The notes beneath the pieces are model-generated. The model had not been told where the DNA came from. It ran no database searches and saw nothing but the letters and a program-made list of their open reading frames with translations. From Chlamydiia bacterium (GTDB lineage: Bacteria; Chlamydiota; Chlamydiia; Chlamydiales; Parachlamydiaceae), in the NCBI GenBank assembly GCA_038257035.1, contig JBBSJT010000027.1, forward strand, positions 1 to 22,207: 22,207 nucleotides of DNA, given 5' to 3'. Of the stretch, positions 7,722 through 15,468 are shown piece after piece (position 1 is the first letter of the stretch; the number at the start of each line of letters is the position of its first letter). The position numbers and the translations under genes are program-made.

Positions 7722-9792
7722 CTGATTTTTTTATCCAAAATATTTGATTTTCAGGCTCTTGCACATCAGCCCCCGGGATCAAATCTTGTCTATCTGCCGG
7801 AATAAAAACATTTTGCAAATACTGACGATAAATAAAAGATGTTTTTGGTGTGTAAAGAAACGTATATGGCACTTCATCGTGAATGATTTTGTCAAATTCA
7901 TGATAAAGTTTAATTCTTGTTGCGGGATCATATTCCATTTTCAGCTTTTTAATGACGATGTCAGCTTCAGCGTTTTGAAAACCGATGGCATTGGATGATC
8001 CCTTAACTTTTGCAAGGGATGAGGACCAGAGTTGTTCAGGATCTTCAGGAGGGCTTCCCATGCCCCAAATAAAGAAAAGAGCTTCAAAGCTTTTATCTTC
8101 AAAGGTGGCCGATAAATCTGCAATATCCAATCCGTTAGGTCGGCAATCGATTCCTACTTCCTTTAATGCTGTTGAAATATACTCAACAATGGCTTTTCCA
8201 GTGGCATTTTTGACATAATAGGAGAGGGTAAATCTAAATGGAACACGCTTTCCATCAATTTCCTTATCGATAATGCCATCTGCGTCACTATCATACCAGC
8301 CTTCTTGTTCAAGAAGTATTTTTGCAGCATGCGGATCGAAAGGCCAAGGCTTGATAGACTCATCATAGGCTTTAGAATAGCGGTAAAAGGGACCGTTAAT
8401 TTCAACACCCATGCCATTTAAATTTTGTTTAATGATTCTTTGACGATCAATTGACATAGTTAAGGCACGTCTTACTTTTTTGGATGTAAAAAATGGTTTT
8501 GCCTGGTTCCATTGGATATTGACATAACTTCTGGCAACGTAATCTAAACGTAAAATTTCATTACCGGCATTTTTTTGAGCTTTATATTGATCACTCTTTA
8601 AAAAATTTTCATATTCAATTAGCTGATCAGGAAGAATTGTGTGGCTATCGATATTATTGCTTTTAAAATCCTGCCAAAGGCTTTCAATGGCTTGTTTAAA
8701 TTCATAGACTTTAAATTCTGTTAAGGCGGCAAGTGGGTTATAAAAATTTGGATTTCTTCTAAAAGAAATCTGACGGTCAGTCATCCCCTCAAAAATCCAA
8801 GGGCCACAACTGACAATAATGTTTTTTGCAAAATGTGTAGAGAAATTTTGTGCCCAAATGGAGTTTTTTCGATAAAAATCCAATCCATTATCTTCCTCTA
8901 CAATTTTTTTGCCGTCGGGAAAATATTGGTAAACAAAAGAGGCTAAAGGCCTTAAACTACCAGTTAAAAGTTTTGCCACATAGATTGGGCGTTTGATCGT
9001 TTTTCCATCATTTTCAATAGTTTCTTCTTTCCAACGAACCACAAAGGTTAAATCATCGACAACTCTAAATTCTTCAATATCGCTTAAATAATTGCGCATT
9101 GAGACAGCATACGATTCTTGGACATGAGGGTTCATGATGGCATCAAAGTAAAACTTAAAATCATGCGCAGTGACTTGATGTTTCTTTAAAAAATGAGGAC
9201 TCAAACGAATGTCTTCGGAAAAAAAATCATTTCTCAAAGGCTCAAAAAATACTTGATCGCGAAGATGAATCCAGTATTCTGACTGGCCTTTTTTATTCTC
9301 TCGTAGCTCCATTTTAATAGCCATATCAGGAGCCATGGATTCGTAAAAACCAAATTTGTCTGTAGCAACAGCTACACTGCACATATTGGTCCATTGGATC
9401 ACTTGGGCCCATTGGCTAAAAGGGTGCAGATTTTCTGGTTTGCCTAATGACGCCGAACGTATTTTCCCTTGCGGTTTAAAATCATTTCCCAACATTTTTG
9501 GCAAAGTCACAGCATAAAAAGGATCCACAGTTAAAAGATTTGGCAAGGAATCATCGATATGTTCTCTTGGAGAAACTTTTGCTAAATCTGCAGTTTGAAG
9601 TGTCGCTGTTTCAGAATAAGACCTTAAATTAATTTCGTTAAGACGTGTATTTATTTTTTCAAGCTTATCTTCCACACGCTTCATATCTTGCTCTAAAAGA
9701 TTAGAAGACCAATAGAGCATTGCCATAAAAAATATAAAAATCCCGCCTAAAAGTAGTCTAAAAACCGTAAAAAACAAGGAATTCTTATGCAT
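7714..9792 (-). CDS. oppA: Oligopeptide ABC transporter substrate-binding protein (SBP family 5) with N-terminal TM and coiled coil
   Basis: VTAHDFKF, GPW, KKVRRALTMSIDR and FDPHAAKILLEQEGW motifs; overlaps the oppB start. Confidence 0.9.
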   Translation of the reverse strand: MHKNSLFFTVFRLLLGGIFIFFMAMLYWSSNLLEQDMKRVEDKLEKINTRLNEINLRSYSETATLQTADLAKVSPREHIDDSLPNLLTVDPFYAVTLPKMLGNDFKPQGKIRSASLGKPENLHPFSQWAQVIQWTNMCSVAVATDKFGFYESMAPDMAIKMELRENKKGQSEYWIHLRDQVFFEPLRNDFFSEDIRLSPHFLKKHQVTAHDFKFYFDAIMNPHVQESYAVSMRNYLSDIEEFRVVDDLTFVVRWKEETIENDGKTIKRPIYVAKLLTGSLRPLASFVYQYFPDGKKIVEEDNGLDFYRKNSIWAQNFSTHFAKNIIVSCGPWIFEGMTDRQISFRRNPNFYNPLAALTEFKVYEFKQAIESLWQDFKSNNIDSHTILPDQLIEYENFLKSDQYKAQKNAGNEILRLDYVARSYVNIQWNQAKPFFTSKKVRRALTMSIDRQRIIKQNLNGMGVEINGPFYRYSKAYDESIKPWPFDPHAAKILLEQEGWYDSDADGIIDKEIDGKRVPFRFTLSYYVKNATGKAIVEYISTALKEVGIDCRPNGLDIADLSATFEDKSFEALFFIWGMGSPPEDPEQLWSSSLAKVKGSSNAIGFQNAEADIVIKKLKMEYDPATRIKLYHEFDKIIHDEVPYTFLYTPKTSFIYRQYLQNVFIPADRQDLIPGADVQEPENQIFWIKKSDV

Positions 9793-10096
9793 TGACGCTC
9801 CAAAATCTGATTAATCCCAATATGTAGAAAACTAGAAAAAACTTCCACAACCTTTTGAAAGGCATACGCTTTTTTTTTAACACCGAGATTCTTTTACCAT
9901 CCTGATTTTTTTTGACACGAGAGATCACAGAGGGAATGAGAGAGGGAAGAGATGATCTTTCCCTCTTACCACGAAGAGCGCTTGCATCCTTCTAACATAA
10001 ACTTTTAAACAAAATACTTTATAAAAATAAAAAATCTAATTTAGAGCAACTGAACTAATGCATTGACCTTTAACACTTAATGTTAAAACAGTAAAG

Positions 10097-10328
10097 TAAA
10101 TGCCGGTCTTTCAGACCTCAATGTTAGGTTTAACTTACCTAGGCCTCTCGCTTCGCTTCGGCCTAGGCTATCATATGACGGTCCTTCGGACCTGAGGAAT
10201 AAATAACAAGTAGGTTTTTTAAAGTCTTTAGGTCCGAAGGACCGTCATGTGATAGCCTAGGCCGAAGCGAAGCGAGAGGCCTAGGTATTAATAAGGAGTA
10301 TTATTGAGGTCTGAAAGACCGGCATTTA
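10097..10328. repeat. REPIN/MITE-like 232-bp palindromic element with six internal hairpins
   Basis: 10097-10122 pairs with 10303-10328 (26 bp, perfect). 10136-10193 pairs with 10230-10287 (58 bp, one mismatch). Central spacer is 36 bp. Confidence 0.92.
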
Positions 10329-10474
10329 GCATTAGGTGATCGATAAGATCAATTTCTGCAAATCCACATCGATTAATCAATGCAATAAAACCATGCTGAA
10401 TGCTATTGAAGGTCGATAATAATGTTTAAACTTTAACCGGAAGGATTCCTCCCTCCAAGCTAAAGTTTTTGTTT

Positions 10475-10530
10475 TCCAAAGAACAAAGAACAAAATCCAA
10501 AGACCCTTTCCAATGATCAAAGGTTCAAGT
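10475..10530 (-). repeat. Degenerate heptamer repeats (CTTTGGA-like) at and after the F-box gene stop
   Basis: Minus strand reads ACTTGAA C CTTTGAT CATTGGA AAGGGT CTTTGGA TTTTGTT CTTTGTT CTTTGGA. Confidence 0.7.
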
Positions 10531-11358
10531 GGACTTCCGCGCGCAAGAAGCGCCAATATTGCCGCGGTCGTCGTTGCTGCTGAAGACCATGAGACCGAGG
10601 GAAGAAAAGCCGCCAACCACTATCTGACCCATTCTATTTTGCTCCAGAACACGCGTATACGTCATCTGGTGACCGTTTGATCCGTCAGGTAGGTAAAATT
10701 CGTCTGTTTCCTCATTGTGCAAAATAACGCTTGCTACTACATCAATCAAGTTGGGGATTTCAAATCCTGCTTCCTTAACGAGTTTTTCTTGAGTCGCAAA
10801 ATTCTTACTTCTAGTTCCATTTACAAGATCGGCACCACCCAAAACATCTTTAGACAACATGACCCAATGAGCTTTAAACGGCTTTACCGTTTTATCATTG
10901 ATACCATTTAGCCGATTTCGATAATTGCTTTTGAATGCATCTTTACCATTTTTATAGTCACTGACAAATCGGTCAAAACTGCTTAAAGTAAGTGGCTTTC
11001 CATTGATCGTTTCCGGAATGAATGTGAGCAACCACTTAGAAGAATCAAAGTCATACATCTTCAAGGGAATTGCGGATTCAACTCCCGTATCTGCACCAAA
11101 TCTCTTCCACTCTTTCGCGCCAAACCGTCCGGCAGGCAGGTTATTTTTGGCATAATCGTTAGTCAAATGATTAAGCGATTGACTTACACAAGCTAAAGCT
11201 ACAAAATCCGATTTACTATGCTTTAAAATTTCATTGCATACATCTTTAGGAAGTAAGGGCATCTCATGCATTGGTTTACTTTCTGTACTGTCGGGCATAA
11301 CCTGGTTAACGGGAACCATCGAATGATTTGAAACAAAGCTCGGTATATAATTATTCAT
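10525..11358 (-). CDS. F-box-like domain protein with a putative C-type-lectin/FGE-sulfatase-like C-terminal domain; candidate secreted effector and DGR target
   Basis: LLPKDVCNEILKH...LACVSQSL matches the F-box pattern. S/P/N-rich N-terminal leader. C-terminal VVGGF...NIGA..RK. RBS AAGGA. Confidence 0.75.
   Translation of the reverse strand: MNNYIPSFVSNHSMVPVNQVMPDSTESKPMHEMPLLPKDVCNEILKHSKSDFVALACVSQSLNHLTNDYAKNNLPAGRFGAKEWKRFGADTGVESAIPLKMYDFDSSKWLLTFIPETINGKPLTLSSFDRFVSDYKNGKDAFKSNYRNRLNGINDKTVKPFKAHWVMLSKDVLGGADLVNGTRSKNFATQEKLVKEAGFEIPNLIDVVASVILHNEETDEFYLPDGSNGHQMTYTRVLEQNRMGQIVVGGFSSLGLMVFSSNDDRGNIGASCARKST
10528..10620 (-). other. Putative DGR variable region (VR)
   Basis: Last 31 codons: 55/93 GC, 17 end in C, none ends in A; includes the run GTC TTC AGC AGC AAC GAC GAC CGC GGC AAT. 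Confidence 0.6.
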
Positions 11359-11399
11359 AAAAAAATCCTTTTTTATTAAACTTAATTAAAGTTAATTAT

Positions 11400-11428
11400 A
11401 TTATACTAAAAATTTAAATTTAAGTCAA
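11400..11428 (-). promoter_or_regulatory. Sigma70/sigma66-type promoter of the F-box gene
   Basis: TTGACT-N17-TATAAT on the minus strand; the -10 box ends about 40 bp upstream of the ATG. Confidence 0.75.
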
Positions 11429-11526
11429 ATTAAAATTGATAGTTACTAAACCTCAAATTTATGCTGGGGACTAAAATCTTCGCTACTACAATGCTTTTTT
11501 TAGAAGATTCTGTATGTAAAAACAAG

Positions 11527-12219
11527 TTAGTATAAAACGATATGAAGCGCGTGGCTGATGACTAGGTGGTTGATAAGTTCTATTTCTGCAAAGCCCCTGC
11601 ATAGAGTAATCAACCCAATAAAAATCATGCTGGACCCTATTAAATGGCGGTAGTAGTGTTTAAACTTTTGAAGAAATAAGTGAGCATTCATACATAAAAA
11701 AAGCGAGGGTGATGTCAAAAGAGCAAAAATAAATCCGTTGATCATTCCTGTAAAAACATCCCCTGTTAAAGCACATGCAGAAAATACAAGCAATGTTTGA
11801 CCGCAAGGTAGCAATACCGTAAAAAAACCAAACATAAAAGTAGGTAGCGCAAGGTCTTGAAGCAGTAGAGTTGAAAGATAACGATTGATGTTTCTCATTG
11901 GTTTTGAAAACACGCCATTGAAAATGGAGGGTGTTTGAATTTTTAAGTCCAATAAGTTGATGATGCCTGCGCCTAAAATCATGGCACCAAATATAAAGCT
12001 TGTGGTTGCTTGAATATGATACTGCTTTAAGGAGTAATTTAAAACGGATCCTAATTCAGCTGCCAAGGTTGCGGCTATTGTAAAAGATGCCAATCTTCCC
12101 AAAAAATAAAAATTGCGAAATTTATGTTTGGAAAGCATCATCACAAGAGGTCCGCACATTCCCATGCAATGCAGATTGCCGAAAATGTAAACCGGTAGCA
12201 TCGTCAATAACAAGCTCAT
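11527..12219 (-). CDS. Sulfite exporter TauE/SafE / DsbD_2-like membrane protein
   Basis: HCMGMCGP and LLPCG motifs, GRL.SF, about 6 TM segments. Confidence 0.85.
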   Translation of the reverse strand: MSLLLTMLPVYIFGNLHCMGMCGPLVMMLSKHKFRNFYFLGRLASFTIAATLAAELGSVLNYSLKQYHIQATTSFIFGAMILGAGIINLLDLKIQTPSIFNGVFSKPMRNINRYLSTLLLQDLALPTFMFGFFTVLLPCGQTLLVFSACALTGDVFTGMINGFIFALLTSPSLFLCMNAHLFLQKFKHYYRHLIGSSMIFIGLITLCRGFAEIELINHLVISHALHIVLY

Positions 12220-12416
12220 TTTACTTCTGCAATTTTTTCGGTGCGGTAAGCTTTAGCTCGCAGTTGTTGCACTTTGCTCATGTCAAGGCCAGTTGAGCCC
12301 GAAGTTCTTTGCATGGCCACAATGAAAACAAGGCACATCAGCCCCATAAAAAAAAGAAATATGGCAATTGCAACTTTTTGGAACAATTTGATACGTATAA
12401 AAAATGGAAGTGTCAT
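12216..12416 (-). CDS. Small single-TM hypothetical protein (about 66 aa)
   Basis: One hydrophobic helix. Its stop overlaps the next start (ATGA at 12216-12219). ATG 12416 is preferred over 12491 because the longer start would run into the gnd promoter. Confidence 0.5.
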   Translation of the reverse strand: MTLPFFIRIKLFQKVAIAIFLFFMGLMCLVFIVAMQRTSGSTGLDMSKVQQLRAKAYRTEKIAEVK

Positions 12417-12474
12417 AAAAACCTTAAAGTTGAATGTAAAAATAATCTTATCTGGTAAATTAAAGCAAGCCAAC

Positions 12475-12503
12475 TTGCAAATATGTGACATTTTACGTAT
12501 GAT
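12475..12503 (+). promoter_or_regulatory. Putative sigma70-type promoter of gnd
   Basis: TTGCAA-N17-TATGAT, followed by a GAGG RBS before ATG 12531. Confidence 0.6.
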
Positions 12504-12530
12504 TTAATCAATTCAAGAAATGAGGTTTTT

Positions 12531-13982
12531 ATGGAAAATGCTGATATAGGTCTGATCGGTCTTGCAGTTATGGGACAAAATTTAGTCCTAAATATGAATG
12601 ATCATGGTTATAAAGTTGCCGTTTATAATCGGACAACATCAAAAGTGGATGATTTTTTAAATGGTCCTGCAAAAGACACAAATGTTGTTGGAACGCATTC
12701 TCTTGAAGAGTTTTTCAATACTCTAAAAAGACCTCGTAAAGTGATGCTGATGGTTAAAGCCGGCAATCCTGTCGATGAATTTATTGAACAGTGCTTGCCT
12801 TTTCTTGAAAAAGGTGACTGTATCATTGACGGAGGAAACAGCCTTTTTACAGATACTAATCGTCGTACAGAGGATTTAAAGCAAAAAGGAATTTTATTTA
12901 TCGGTACCGGCATTTCAGGTGGTGAAGAAGGAGCACGTCATGGACCCTCCATTATGCCCGGCGGTAACCCAGATGGATGGCCTCTTGTCAAAAAAATCTT
13001 TCAGGATATTAGTGCAAAAGTTGAAAATGGTGAGCCTTGCTGCGAATGGGTCGGAGATAATGGTGCTGGGCATTATGTCAAAATGATTCATAATGGGATT
13101 GAATATGGAGATATGCAGCTCATTTCTGAAACTTATGATTTGTTAAAAAGGGGTTTAAAAGCAGAACCTGTTGAATTACAAGAAATTTTTGCCACTTGGA
13201 ACAAAGGAAAATTAGATAGTTATCTAATTGAAATCACAGCCCGTATTTTCACTGTGAAAGATAAAGATGGCTCACACCTAGTAGATAAAATCTTAGATGT
13301 TGCCGGTCAAAAGGGAACGGGTAAATGGACCGTCATTAACGCACTAGATCTTGGTATTCCTTTGACATTGATCAGCGAAGCTGTTTTTTCAAGATCCCTT
13401 TCTGCAATTAAAGATGAAAGAATCGAGGCATCTAAAAAATTAAAAGGGCCGGAAGTTAATTTTAATGGAGACCGTAAAGCTTTTGTCAATAATATTGAAG
13501 ATGCTCTTTATGCTGCTAAAATCATGAGCTACGCTCAAGGGTTCATGATGATGAAGCAAGCAGCAACAGAGTATAAATGGAATCTTAATTACGGCGATAT
13601 TGCTCTAATGTGGAGAGGCGGTTGCATCATCAGAAGTTTATTTCTTGGTGATATTAAGGAAGCTTTCAGAAAAAATCCAAATCTTAAAAATTTACTGCTC
13701 GACAATTTCTTTGTCGATGCCATACAGCTTGCTCAAAATGGATGGCGCGATGTTGTAGCAACAGGGGCAAAGCTTGGGATCCCCCTTCCTTGCATCAGTA
13801 CTGCTTTAGCTTTTTATGATGGATATCGCTCTTCAGATTTGCCGGCAAACTTACTTCAGGCGCAAAGAGATTTTTTTGGCGCTCATACTTATGAAAGAAT
13901 TGATCAGCCAAAAGGCCAATATTTTCACACGAATTGGACAGGAACAGGCGGCAATATCAGCTCTTCTTCGTATAATGCGTAA
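12531..13982 (+). CDS. gnd: 6-phosphogluconate dehydrogenase, NADP-dependent, decarboxylating
   Basis: IGLIGLAVMG, GHYVKMIHNGIEYGDMQ, QKGTG, WRGGCIIRS and QAQRDFFGAHTY motifs. Confidence 0.98.
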   Translation: MENADIGLIGLAVMGQNLVLNMNDHGYKVAVYNRTTSKVDDFLNGPAKDTNVVGTHSLEEFFNTLKRPRKVMLMVKAGNPVDEFIEQCLPFLEKGDCIIDGGNSLFTDTNRRTEDLKQKGILFIGTGISGGEEGARHGPSIMPGGNPDGWPLVKKIFQDISAKVENGEPCCEWVGDNGAGHYVKMIHNGIEYGDMQLISETYDLLKRGLKAEPVELQEIFATWNKGKLDSYLIEITARIFTVKDKDGSHLVDKILDVAGQKGTGKWTVINALDLGIPLTLISEAVFSRSLSAIKDERIEASKKLKGPEVNFNGDRKAFVNNIEDALYAAKIMSYAQGFMMMKQAATEYKWNLNYGDIALMWRGGCIIRSLFLGDIKEAFRKNPNLKNLLLDNFFVDAIQLAQNGWRDVVATGAKLGIPLPCISTALAFYDGYRSSDLPANLLQAQRDFFGAHTYERIDQPKGQYFHTNWTGTGGNISSSSYNA

Positions 13983-14595
13983 GGTACCAAGCCTTTAAGG
14001 CTTTAATTTCATTTTCTGTAGCCTGAGAGATTTTCTCTTGGGCTTCTTTTTTTCCATATTGTTCAAAATCTTTCATATAAATCGGCTTTCCAAAAACACA
14101 TGCGATCTTACCCCAAAATTTAGGGAATTTTCTTGATTTATCCCAAACATCATATGCTCCATGTATATAAACCGGGACAATTGGAGAATTGGCTCTTAAA
14201 GCCAGCATTCCAATTCCAGATTTAATCGGGAGAAGTACGCCATCATCTGATCGAATCCCTTCCGGGAAAATAACAACCTTTTTATTTTCCTTTAGTAATT
14301 GACCAATTAGCTTTAAAGAAGAAATATCCTGAGCGGTGCCTGCAACTGGGTAGGCATTTAACCAGGAAATGAGGCGTCCAAAAATAAAATGTTTAAAAAG
14401 ACTGCTTTTTGCTAAAAATGTAGCCTCTTCACCACAACTAGCAGCAATAATAGGTGGATCAAAAAAAGAGGTGTGGTTCGGAGCAATGATTGCTGAACCT
14501 TTAGGAAGATTCTGCCGACCATAGATTTTAAGACGGTGAAACAAAGTAAAATAAATTTTAAACGTTCCAATTACAAACCAATAAAAAATATTCAT
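13957..14595 (-). CDS. plsC: 1-acyl-sn-glycerol-3-phosphate acyltransferase
   Basis: NHTSFFD (HX4D), FPEGIRS and PIVP motifs. Confidence 0.93.
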   Translation of the reverse strand: MNIFYWFVIGTFKIYFTLFHRLKIYGRQNLPKGSAIIAPNHTSFFDPPIIAASCGEEATFLAKSSLFKHFIFGRLISWLNAYPVAGTAQDISSLKLIGQLLKENKKVVIFPEGIRSDDGVLLPIKSGIGMLALRANSPIVPVYIHGAYDVWDKSRKFPKFWGKIACVFGKPIYMKDFEQYGKKEAQEKISQATENEIKALKAWYLTHYTKKS

Positions 14596-14745
14596 TAAAT
14601 CCCTTAAAAAATTAACTTTATAACTATAACCTTATAATAGCCAATCACTTAATAAAAATCCACCTTTAAGTTTTTGTCCCCTTTACAAAGAAAATTAGAT
14701 TTATAGGATGATAAAGACAATTAATAAGAGAATTTATTAAAGTTT

Positions 14746-14797
14746 TGACCCCGATAGGGTCAGAGGAAATCGTGGTAATCAGAGGAAATCGTGGTAA
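14746..14797. repeat. Small hairpin (TGACCC-CGATA-GGGTCA) overlapping a perfect 19-bp tandem duplication
   Basis: TCAGAGGAAATCGTGGTAA occurs at 14760-14778 and 14779-14797. Confidence 0.85.
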
Positions 14798-14954
14798 AAT
14801 GAAGGGGAAAATTAGCCTGGAAAGGGACAAAATGATGCCCCCCGGACAAGCTTTATATCCGTGAAAAGCAAAGGGGTTTGGTCACTCACCCTAAAGTCAA
14901 GCGAAGATTTAAATTTAATTATGAAAAAAACCCTATTAGATTGCGAACGATTAG

Positions 14955-15263
14955 TCAAGCTTGCCAATCCCCTTTTTTGTTATTTCTACAATGCACCGTT
15001 AAATTATACCGCGTAGTGTTTAAAAAAATCGTCGTCGTCGCCGATGATTCATTAATTGTTGGATAGCCAAGCTTATGTAAATAATTTTCGTACTTTTCCT
15101 CCAATCGATCACATACGACCATATCTCCATTACGAGGATTGGGAAAATTAATTTCATTCATAATTTTTGAATAACATTCTTTTGGAAAAGTTTTTTGTGC
15201 AGAAAAGTGACTTTCTTCTACTCTCTTTGCTTCTACATCAGTAAGTGTTGGAATTGGACCCAT
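14955..15263 (-). CDS. Hypothetical protein (about 102 aa), orphan
   Basis: ORF co-oriented with cmk and plsC. ATG 15263 has AAGGA upstream. No recognisable motif. Confidence 0.5.
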   Translation of the reverse strand: MGPIPTLTDVEAKRVEESHFSAQKTFPKECYSKIMNEINFPNPRNGDMVVCDRLEEKYENYLHKLGYPTINESSATTTIFLNTTRYNLTVHCRNNKKGDWQA

Positions 15264-15468
15264 AAATATCCTTAAGTAATTTTTCACAGCTACCGCGGCT
15301 CCTTTTTTTATCTAACCCCACCCCACTCTCAATTTCAGGCCTAACGGCCTTTCTTTTCACATGGGGCTAATGTCTTTTAACCGCTTCCGCGGTAAAACAC
15401 AATCGTTTACCTGTGCATGTTTTAACGGTTAAAATCTACGCTACAAAAAACCAATACAACACTAACGG

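Noticed and set aside
10069..10087. TTTAACA-N5-TGTTAAA possible operator
   Set aside because: Short, AT-rich, single occurrence and about 280 bp from the oppA start; could be chance.
10377..10616. 79-aa alternate-frame ORF over the F-box 3' end
   Set aside because: By-product of the GC-rich NNC codon run; no RBS or independent evidence.
14700..14950. Possible structured ncRNA (GAGGAAA motif reminiscent of RNase P RNA)
   Set aside because: Lacks the GAGGAAAGUCC context and other conserved helices; the motif is part of the 19-bp duplication.
15029..15045. (TCG)n run in the orphan ORF as a second VR
   Set aside because: In frame it reads ACG ACG ACG (Thr), not NNC codons, and it is not at the C-terminus.
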